Positions 1 through 7,471 of a stretch of 64,000 nucleotides of DNA are shown here, one piece after another. Position 1 is the first letter of the stretch. Every line of letters starts with the position of its first letter. Both the position numbers and the translations under genes were made by a program. The stretch covers positions 4,416,001-4,480,000 of the forward strand of contig CBDETY010000003.1 in assembly GCA_965243025.1 (NCBI GenBank). Reading direction: 5' to 3'. The notes beneath the pieces were generated by a model, which saw only the letters and a list, made by a program, of their open reading frames with translations, made no database searches and had not been told where the DNA came from. The DNA comes from Candidatus Latescibacterota bacterium (GTDB lineage: Bacteria > Latescibacterota > UBA2968 > UBA8231).

Positions 1-890
1 AAATATCCCTTGAATTTTTTCTTACTGAGAATGGTTGTGTACGCATGGAGGTATTTGCGGAGGCATTCCAGTTTCTCCTGCGCCCAGGGACCAACATCGG
101 GAGGTTCGTTTTCATCGTCGGACGGAGCTCCGGCCACTTGTAACGGGGCACCAAGCTGCCGTCCTGTTTCCATTTCCGGGTATTCCAACCACTGCCGTCC
201 ATCCAGAGTATTCCCACCCGCTTTCGGTGTACGCCCGCCCCATTGCTTGAAAAAGAAAGCGACGCCCTGCTTCCGGCACTGGTTGCGTAATGCGCGAACC
301 CACTTTGCCTGCATCGGACGCGCTCCGGGTCCGCTCTCCCCTCCCGCGATTACCCAGTGAACGCCCTCCAGGTCGACCTCTCCCGGATGACCGAGCAACG
401 GCTCGAAGGAAACGAAACGCACCGAGGCGTTGGTCTGTTTCAGGTGCCGGAGGCGCGTCAGCGCGGCGTCGTTCTCGATGGAAACTCCGAGCCAGATATG
501 CGGTGGCGCCTTCCCCTCCCCATAACGCCCCTGGACGAAACGGCGCATCAGCGAGCTGCGCTTGGTCAGAACCTGGTATATGTGCCAATCCGCGCGCTCC
601 ATCGTATCGAATACGCGGTTGATGTAATCGGTGGGGATGTTCTTGTGGAAGAGGTCGCTCATCGAGTTGACGAAGATGAGCTGGGGGCGCCGCCAGTGCG
701 CGGGTTGTTCGAGGCGCTCGGGACGCAGCTTCAGGTCGAAACCGGACTCGAAGGGGTGCCCTTTGACGCCCCGGAAACGCTCGGAGAATCTCTCGGCATA
801 GCAATGGTCGCAGCCGGCGCTGACCTTCGTGCAGCCGGTGACCGGGTTCCAGGTGCTGTTGGTCCACTCGATGGTGCTTTTGCGAGCCAT
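1..890 (-). CDS. DUF5131 (phage Gp37/Gp68-like, three-Cys motif) protein continuing in frame into a TcmP-like N-terminus; partial, runs off the left edge
   Basis: Manual translation from ATG 890: MARKSTIEWTNSTWNPVTGCTKVSAGCDHCYAE...IFVNSMSDLFH...QVLTKR...SFEPLLG...WVIAGGESGPGARPM...FFFKQWGG...LDGRQWLEYP, then no stop to position 1 (...DVGPWAQEKLECLRKYLHAYTTILSKKKFKGY). SD-like TGAGGTGA upstream. Confidence 0.9.
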   Translation of the reverse strand, partial: MARKSTIEWTNSTWNPVTGCTKVSAGCDHCYAERFSERFRGVKGHPFESGFDLKLRPERLEQPAHWRRPQLIFVNSMSDLFHKNIPTDYINRVFDTMERADWHIYQVLTKRSSLMRRFVQGRYGEGKAPPHIWLGVSIENDAALTRLRHLKQTNASVRFVSFEPLLGHPGEVDLEGVHWVIAGGESGPGARPMQAKWVRALRNQCRKQGVAFFFKQWGGRTPKAGGNTLDGRQWLEYPEMETGRQLGAPLQVAGAPSDDENEPPDVGPWAQEKLECLRKYLHAYTTILSKKKFKGY

Positions 891-930
891 CAGAGCATCA
901 CCTCATACCATCGTTCATTATGCCTGAACA

Positions 931-959
931 AATGTATAGTATTCCGTTTCGGATGTCAA
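931..959 (-). promoter_or_regulatory. Putative sigma70 promoter for the DUF5131 gene
   Basis: Minus strand reads TTGACA (959-954), 17 nt, TACATT (936-931), about 40 nt upstream of the ATG. Confidence 0.55.
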
Positions 960-1062
960 TCTACACGCCCTACACGTCTGCGGGCGCGGTGATAACGTGC
1001 GACCTCCGCGAAAGCCCTCCACAAGGATATCGCATTTCGGTTGAACCGGTCCGAACCCTACC

Positions 1063-2403
1063 TCAGGCAGCATACGCCACGACGATGTCGTAGATAACCC
1101 GGGTCGCGAACAGCAGGTTCTCCACCGTGGTGCGCTCGTCGTGCCCGTGGATCAGCTGCATCTCCTCGAGCCCAGGCTGCTGGCGGTAGGGCATGAAGCC
1201 GTACACCTGCGTCCCGGGCCGCCGCGGGCAGATGTGCTTGGCGTCGGTCCCCCCGGTCGTCAGCGACGGCACCACCGGCACGCCGGGATCGTGGCGCGCC
1301 ATCACCTCCTCGATGACCCCGTAGAACTCCCCGGCCGCGTCCGCCTCCAGGGGCGGACTGTACTGGTCCACCTCGATCTCGAGCTCCTCTCCGATCTGCC
1401 CGCGCAGCTCGGCGAGGAACGACTCCTTCGTCTGCCCCGGCGCCAGCCGCCCGTCGATCGCCGCGGTCGCCTCGGAGGGAATCACGTTGATCTTGCTGCC
1501 GGCGCTGAGCATGGTCGCCGACGCGGTGTTGCGCAGCAGGGAGCGCAGCTCGGCCTTGAAGTCGTCGGCGAGCGGCAGGTCCGCCAGAGCCCCGTCGGAG
1601 CGGGCCGGATCGAGGACGGCGCGCAGACTGCCGGCCAGCTCCGGCGGCTGGCGTTCGGCGATCCCTTCGATATAGGCCCTCAGCGTCCTCGACGGATGCA
1701 GGGGCAGGCTTCCCCCCTCGAGCTTTCCTAAAGCCCCGCCCAGCTTGACGATGGCGTTGTCGTCGTGGGGACGGGACCCGTGCCCGGGGCGCCCCCGGGC
1801 GGTGGCGCGCAGGCGGCAGATCCCCTTCTGGCCGACGCAGCAGGTGTAGTACCGCCGCTCCCCGACGCGCAGGTCGTGGCCTCCGGCTTCGGTCAGCACC
1901 ACCGGGGCCTCGATCTGTTCGGGGTGATTGTCCAGCAGCCAGCCGGGGCCGTGGTTCCCCTTGCCGGCCTCCTCGTCCGCGGTCGCCCCGAACATCACCG
2001 GGCGCCTGAGCGCCGTCCCCTGCCGTTTCAGCAGCAGCATCACCATCAGCTCGACGGCCACCATGTTCTTCATGTCGAGGGCGCCCCGCCCCCAGACGCA
2101 GCCGTCGTGGAGGTCGCCGCCGAAAGGGTCGCGCGTCCACTTGTCGGGCTCGGCGGCGACCACGTCGGTGTGGCCGAGCAGAAGCAGCGGCGGTTCCGCG
2201 CCCCCGGTGTCGAGGCGGGTCGTGACGTTTCCCCGGCCCGGCGCCGACTCCGTGATCACCGGCTCGAACCCCTCCCGCCGCAGGACGCCGGCGATGTACC
2301 CGGCGGCCTCGGTCTCGTTTCCGGGCGGATTGGTGGTGTCGATGCGCAGCAGGTCCTGCAGGTAGCCGGTGACTTCCTCCTTCACTGAATCCCAGTCGAT
2401 CAT
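1063..2403 (-). CDS. M20/M25/M40 family metallopeptidase/deacylase (DapE/ArgE-like)
   Basis: Motifs LLGHTDVV, GRGALDMK, ADEE, GHGS, GGTDAK, IHGHDE. Confidence 0.92.
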   Translation of the reverse strand: MIDWDSVKEEVTGYLQDLLRIDTTNPPGNETEAAGYIAGVLRREGFEPVITESAPGRGNVTTRLDTGGAEPPLLLLGHTDVVAAEPDKWTRDPFGGDLHDGCVWGRGALDMKNMVAVELMVMLLLKRQGTALRRPVMFGATADEEAGKGNHGPGWLLDNHPEQIEAPVVLTEAGGHDLRVGERRYYTCCVGQKGICRLRATARGRPGHGSRPHDDNAIVKLGGALGKLEGGSLPLHPSRTLRAYIEGIAERQPPELAGSLRAVLDPARSDGALADLPLADDFKAELRSLLRNTASATMLSAGSKINVIPSEATAAIDGRLAPGQTKESFLAELRGQIGEELEIEVDQYSPPLEADAAGEFYGVIEEVMARHDPGVPVVPSLTTGGTDAKHICPRRPGTQVYGFMPYRQQPGLEEMQLIHGHDERTTVENLLFATRVIYDIVVAYAA

Positions 2404-2594
2404 CCGAGGTTCCTTCTTGTTGGTATCCGCCAGCGGGGGATTCGCGCTTGCTCCAATTCATTTGGATTGCACGCTGATCCGAGAGCGGCTTCCGACGCCA
2501 TTCCCGATGTGTTGAAATCCGGGGGGTTCATGGGCTTCCGGCCGTCCATCATATGCCGGCCCCGGGCTTTTGTGGAAAACCCGGCCTCTGAGCC

Positions 2595-2737
2595 AGAGCA
2601 ACTGCCCCGGCCTGTTGCGGGTTCTCGAACGCAACCGCGGGACGGCTGCTCAGGGGAGAATTCGGGTTCGCTTCCGCGGCCTGGAGTGGACCCTTCCATA
2701 CGTCCGGCGGGCGGCGGGCCGGGGCAGTTTATGCTCT
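2595..2737. repeat. Intergenic long inverted repeat, possible degenerate MITE
   Basis: AGAGCAACTGCCCCGGCC (2595-2612) pairs with GGCCGGGGCAGTTTATGCTCT (2717-2737), allowing a 3-nt gap. Confidence 0.45.
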
Positions 2738-2910
2738 CGACAGCGCCGGGTGCAACCGTTACGTTCCGGGCCGATGCGATGATGCAGCTGATGATGCAGC
2801 TCCGGTGCGAAACAGCCCTTCCCCACCTGCGGCCTGGTGTCCTTTCCCGCAAATAGATTGCAATAATTCGGCCGTCGAGACACCCGGTTCGGCGGAAGAA
2901 TTGCGAGATA

Positions 2911-3747
2911 ATGACGCGACAGGACACCAAACCGCTGGCGCGCGCCGCAGCCGCCTGCCTCCTGCTGCTGGCCTCCTGCGCCTCCTCCGACTCGATCAAA
3001 GGCCAGGAGGGCGGCGAATCCCGCGGCGGCGCCCCGGCCGCGGGGATTCCCAGGTACACCTACGAAATCGTCAACACCTACCCCCACGACCCCGAGGCGT
3101 TCACCCAGGGGCTGTTCTACGACGGCGGCTTCCTATACGAGAGCACCGGCCTGCACGGGCGCTCCTCGCTGCGCAAGGTCGAGCTGACCACCGGGAAGGT
3201 CCTGCGGCGCCGCGACCTCGACCGGAAGTACTTCGGCGAGGGGATGGCCCTCGCGGGCAACCGCATCTTCCAGCTCACCTACCGCGAGCGGGTCGGCTTC
3301 CGCTACGACCGCGACAGCTTCGAGCTGCTCTCGACGTTCAGCTACGAAACCGAGGGGTGGGGGCTGACCCACGACGGGAAGCGCTTCATCGCCAGCGACG
3401 GCACCCCGGTGCTGCGTTTCCGCGACAGCGAAACCTTCGCCGAGACCGGCCGTCTCGAGGTGACCGGCGAAGGCCGCCGCGTCGGCGACCTCAACGAGCT
3501 CGAGTTCGTCGGCGGCGAGATCTACGCCAACATCTGGCGGACCGACCTGGTTGCCCGAATCGGCCCGGCATCCGGGGAGGTGACGGGCTGGATCGACCTC
3601 GAAGGGCTGCTTCCGGCCGGCGAGAAGGCCGCCGCCGATGTCCTCAACGGCATCGCCTGGGACGAGGCTGGCGGCCGCCTGTTCGTCACCGGCAAGCTGT
3701 GGCCATGGCTGTTCGAAATCCGACTGAAGGAGATTGCAGACCGATGA
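2911..3747 (+). CDS. Glutaminyl-peptide cyclotransferase (plant/bacterial type), probable lipoprotein
   Basis: Motifs YPHDPEAFTQGL, YESTG, FGEG, EGWGLT, LNELE, IYANIW, VLNGIA, VTGKLWP; lipobox LLLASC. Confidence 0.93.
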   Translation: MTRQDTKPLARAAAACLLLLASCASSDSIKGQEGGESRGGAPAAGIPRYTYEIVNTYPHDPEAFTQGLFYDGGFLYESTGLHGRSSLRKVELTTGKVLRRRDLDRKYFGEGMALAGNRIFQLTYRERVGFRYDRDSFELLSTFSYETEGWGLTHDGKRFIASDGTPVLRFRDSETFAETGRLEVTGEGRRVGDLNELEFVGGEIYANIWRTDLVARIGPASGEVTGWIDLEGLLPAGEKAAADVLNGIAWDEAGGRLFVTGKLWPWLFEIRLKEIADR

Positions 3748-4265
3748 GTGAAAACGAGAACCCGGTTGCGCTGCGGCTGGCGGTGCTGACCGTGTCCGAC
3801 ACCCGCGACGAAGCGCAGGACAAATCGGGGAAACTGCTGGTCGGCCGCCTCGAGGCCGCCGGCCATCGCCTCGCGGAGAAGCTGATTCTGCCGGACGACA
3901 TCTACGAGATCCGCGCCGCGGTTTCGCGGTGGATCTGCGACAGGGAGGTCGACGTCGTCATCACCACCGGCGGCACCGGGCTGACGGGCCGCGACGGCAC
4001 TCCGGAGGCGGTCGCCCCCCTGCTCGACAAGCAGATCGAGGGGTTCGGGGAGGTGTTCCGGGTGCTGTCGTACGAGGAGATCGGCCCGTCGACGATCCAG
4101 TCGCGGGCCATCGCCGGCGTCGCCAACGGCACCTACATCTTCTGCCTGCCCGGGTCGAGGGGGGCCTGCGCCACCGGCTGGGACCGCATCATCTCCGAGC
4201 AGCTCGACAGCCGCACCCACCCGTGCAACCTCGTCGAGCTGATGCCGCGGCTCCTCGAAAGCTGA
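3744..4265 (+). CDS. moaB: Molybdenum cofactor biosynthesis protein B
   Basis: Motifs AVLTVSDTR, ITTGGTGLTGRDGTPEA, GFGEVFR, QSRA, CLPGS, PCNLVELMPRL; ATG overlaps the upstream stop (ATGA). Confidence 0.93.
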   Translation: MSENENPVALRLAVLTVSDTRDEAQDKSGKLLVGRLEAAGHRLAEKLILPDDIYEIRAAVSRWICDREVDVVITTGGTGLTGRDGTPEAVAPLLDKQIEGFGEVFRVLSYEEIGPSTIQSRAIAGVANGTYIFCLPGSRGACATGWDRIISEQLDSRTHPCNLVELMPRLLES

Positions 4266-4279
4266 GCGGGCGGGCCGGG

Positions 4280-4601
4280 GTACCTCTCAGTTCGTCGCGA
4301 GCTTCCGGGCGCCGGACGCAGCCCGCATTCCCTCGCAGTTTTGCCGCAGGCGAAACTGCCATCCCAGGCGCTTACGTACCCCTCAGTTCGTCGCGAGCTT
4401 CCGGGCGCCGGACGCAGCCCGCATTCCCTCGCAGTTTTGCCGCAGGCGAAACTGCCATCCCAGGCGCTTACGTACCCCTCAGTTCGTCGCGAGCTTCCGG
4501 GCGCCGCCGACAGGCCGGTGCACTGCGCAGTTTCGCCAAAGCGAAACTGCCATCCAAGGCGCTTACGTACCCCTCAGTTCGTCGCGAGCTTCCGGGCGCC
4601 G
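4280..4601. repeat. Tandem array of 95-96-bp units, each containing the cstA 3' end and a palindromic hairpin
   Basis: TCAGTTCGTCGCGAGCTTCCGGGCGCCG recurs at 4287, 4383, 4479 and 4574. Hairpins GCAGTTTTGCC-GCA-GGCGAAACTGC (twice) and GCAGTTTCGC-CAAA-GCGAAACTGC. Confidence 0.93.
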
Positions 4602-6304
4602 CCGACATGGGTCCGGACGGCGATACCGATGACTCCCAGGGCGAGCACGAATAGCACGACCTCGGCGCCGACCAGCAGGTAGTTCCCCGCGGGGATGTGC
4701 CTCTGCATCAGCAGCACCAGCGAGTACAGGGTGGTCGCCATCATGAACGCCGCCGGAATCAGCGTGAACCACGGCAGGGTGCCGCGGTTCAGCAGCCAGG
4801 TGCTGACCACGATCAGGGCGAGCGCCGCCAGCAGCTGATTGCTGCTGCCGAACACCGGCCAGATCGCGGTGGCCGCGTTCGACCCGGCGAGGATCCACAT
4901 CAGCGCCACCGACAGCCCGGCGTTGAACCAGTACTTCTTCATGAACGCCGGCGGGTTCTCGAACAGCAGGTCCCACAGCTCCTCGAACAGGTAGCGGTTC
5001 AGGCGTACCGCCGAATCGAGGGTCGTCACCAGGAACCCCTCGAGCATCAGGATGCCGAACACCGTTCCCAGCGCCACCGGGATGAACCCGAGCCCGGTGT
5101 TGGCGAGCTTGCCGGCGGCCAGCGCGAACCCGAGCACCGGGTTGCTCTCGTTCCAGACGACGATCTTGTAGTCCTCGAAGCCGAGGGCGCTGCCGATCGC
5201 CAGCAGCACGAACAGCGCCAGGATGCACTCGAGGAGCATGCCGTCGAAGCCGATCCGCTTGGCGTCCTGCTCGCTGCTGCACTGCTTGCAGGTCGTGCCC
5301 GACGACACCAGGCAGTGAAATCCCGATATCGCCCCGCAGGCGATGGTCACGAACATCATCGGCCAGATCAGCCCGAGATGCTCGATCCCCTCGCTGAAGT
5401 TGAACGCGGGAAAGGTGACCGACAGGCCGCCGAAACCGCCGCTCAGCAGCGCGAAGAACATCAGCGCCATGCCGCCGTAGAGGATCTGCGAGTTGATGAA
5501 GTCGCGCGGCTGCAGGATCACCCAGACCGGGGCGCCGGCGGCGAACAGCACGTACACCGAGATGATCACCATCCACGTCTCGGGTGAGATCGCCAGCGGG
5601 TAGCTGAGGCCGACGAGGATCGACCCGGCGCACAGGCCCGCGCCGAGCAGGTAGGCGACGCCGGTGCGGATGCCGCGGCGGTAGAGCAGGTAGCCGAGGG
5701 CCGGGGCGAGGGCGGTGACGACGATGACGGAGGTCGAGGCGATGCCGCCGATGTGCCCCATGGCGACGCCGTCCTGCACCTCGGTGCGCAGCAGCGTCTG
5801 GGCGCTGTCGAGGCCGAGCTTCTCCAGCGGCCACAGCGACGCCAGCGCCTTCGCCGTCAGCTTGAGGAAGACGGCGGTGATCAGCACGATCATGACGATG
5901 GTGAACAGCAGGAAGAGCGTGAAGCCCGCCCGGCCCATCGACTTGTGGGCGATCTCCGCCATGGACTTGCCGCCCTCGCGCATGCTTGCGAACAGGGCCG
6001 TGAAGTCGTGCACGGCGCCGATGAAGATGCCCCCGAGAACGACCCACATCACCGCCGGCATGAACCCGTAGATCGCCGCCAGGGTAGGCCCGACGATCGG
6101 CCCGGCGCCGGCGATGCTGGAAAAGTGATGGGCGAAGACGACCGAGATGCGCGTCGGCACGTAGTCGCGGCCGTCGTTGATCTGCTGAGCCGGGGTCGGA
6201 TTCCCCGGGTCGACGCCGACCTTGCGGGCAACCCAGCCTCCGTAGTAGCGGCTGGCCAGGGCGAAGACGGCAAACCCGAGAATCACGATCGCTATGACGT
6301 TCAT
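4574..6304 (-). CDS. cstA: Carbon starvation protein A family peptide/pyruvate transporter
   Basis: Motifs TPA..NDGRDYVPT, HHFSSIAGAGPIVGP, LQPRDFIN, TIACGAISGFH, WPVFGSSNQLLA; many TM segments. Confidence 0.93.
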   Translation of the reverse strand: MNVIAIVILGFAVFALASRYYGGWVARKVGVDPGNPTPAQQINDGRDYVPTRISVVFAHHFSSIAGAGPIVGPTLAAIYGFMPAVMWVVLGGIFIGAVHDFTALFASMREGGKSMAEIAHKSMGRAGFTLFLLFTIVMIVLITAVFLKLTAKALASLWPLEKLGLDSAQTLLRTEVQDGVAMGHIGGIASTSVIVVTALAPALGYLLYRRGIRTGVAYLLGAGLCAGSILVGLSYPLAISPETWMVIISVYVLFAAGAPVWVILQPRDFINSQILYGGMALMFFALLSGGFGGLSVTFPAFNFSEGIEHLGLIWPMMFVTIACGAISGFHCLVSSGTTCKQCSSEQDAKRIGFDGMLLECILALFVLLAIGSALGFEDYKIVVWNESNPVLGFALAAGKLANTGLGFIPVALGTVFGILMLEGFLVTTLDSAVRLNRYLFEELWDLLFENPPAFMKKYWFNAGLSVALMWILAGSNAATAIWPVFGSSNQLLAALALIVVSTWLLNRGTLPWFTLIPAAFMMATTLYSLVLLMQRHIPAGNYLLVGAEVVLFVLALGVIGIAVRTHVGGARKLATN

Positions 6305-6560
6305 GTTCTCCTCGTCTCGATGGAGCGGTGGAAATCGAGCCGCCTGGACAGCCCGTCGGAATGTCCGTCAGGGCGCCGGCCTCCAGAGCAACTCATCGAC
6401 GGGCAGGGGCGGAAGGCCCCTTCGCGGAAAAATCCGGCGCGCGCCCGAGGGGGGCAAGCAGCCCCGGACGATTGCACCGCCCCGCTATTGAAGCGAGTTT
6501 CACCCACCGCCGGACCTGCGCGGCTTGGGCCGTGCCAACCTTCAACCCCGGAAACACCAG

Positions 6561-7316
6561 ATGGCAAAGAAACGCGTGCTCGTCACCGGCGCCGCCGGCC
6601 GGGTCGGCACCGCCCTGTGGCGGTCCTGGGAAGCCGACGACCGCTACGAGCTGACCCTCACCGACGTCAGGGAGATCGAGGGGGCGCAGTCCCGCACCGC
6701 GATCGGCGAGCTGACCGACCCGGCCTTCGCCGCCGAGGTCTGCGCCGGTCAGGAGGCGGTAGTCGCCCTCGTCTACCTGAAAGCCGACAGAATCGGCGAG
6801 CCGGATGCCGGGATGTCCGACATCGCCATGAACATGCAGCTGTTCGAGATCGCCCACCGGGCCGGGGCCGGCAAGATCGTCTACGCCAGCTCCAACCACG
6901 CCACCGGGTGGAACGAGCGCCTCTCGGACCCGCCGGTCTTCTCCACTGCCGACCAGTTCAACCCGGACGGCTGGTACGGCGCCATGAAGGGGATGGCCGA
7001 GATCGCCGGCATGAACCTCGTCAACGTGTACGGCCGCCGCTTCATCAGCATCCGCATCGGAACCTTCACGGGGAAATCCGAACCGTCCGGCCTGCGCCTG
7101 TGCAGCACCCTGCTGGCCCCGGTCGACGCGGCGCAGCTGTTCGGCCTCGCCGTCGACTACGAGGGGGAGGAGAGGTTCCTCATCACCTACGGCACCTCGG
7201 AAAACGTCTGGGAAGGCCACACCGGCTTTCTCGACATCTCCGTCGCCAGGGAAGTGCTCGGGTACCGCCCGCAGGTCAACGTCCAGAGCCACCGCGGCCG
7301 CTTCGCCGCTAGCTGA
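6561..7316 (+). CDS. NAD-dependent epimerase/dehydratase (uronate dehydrogenase-like extended SDR)
   Basis: Motifs VLVTGAAGRVG, YASSNHATG, PDGWYGAMK (YxxxK), SIRIG. Confidence 0.85.
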   Translation: MAKKRVLVTGAAGRVGTALWRSWEADDRYELTLTDVREIEGAQSRTAIGELTDPAFAAEVCAGQEAVVALVYLKADRIGEPDAGMSDIAMNMQLFEIAHRAGAGKIVYASSNHATGWNERLSDPPVFSTADQFNPDGWYGAMKGMAEIAGMNLVNVYGRRFISIRIGTFTGKSEPSGLRLCSTLLAPVDAAQLFGLAVDYEGEERFLITYGTSENVWEGHTGFLDISVAREVLGYRPQVNVQSHRGRFAAS

Positions 7317-7471
7317 CGGGTGGGAGCTGGAAACGGGATGGATCGCCACAAACCAGCGGCGGTGGACCTGCGGTCTGGATGCGAAACAAGGAACCGCAGA
7401 TGAGAGAGCCGGGCCTGGGCATCGGCGGGCGATTGCGCGCGACCCGACCGGGACGGAAATCCCGCCACATC

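Noticed and set aside
112-992. Listed ORFs 357..992 (+) and 112..867 (-)
   Set aside because: They are antisense and off-frame shadows of the DUF5131 gene.
2805-3743. 486-aa ORF suggesting a long N-terminal fusion to MoaB
   Set aside because: The upstream part is an Arg/Pro-rich off-frame overlap of the glutaminyl cyclase gene; MoaB starts at 3744.
4500-4576. Selenocysteine read-through of the cstA TGA
   Set aside because: The CstA protein appears complete at the TGA, and the downstream sequence is the repeat unit, which is 95 bp and shifts frame.
4280-4601. CRISPR array
   Set aside because: The intervening sequences are near-identical rather than unique spacers, the repeat is the cstA coding end, and no cas genes are present.
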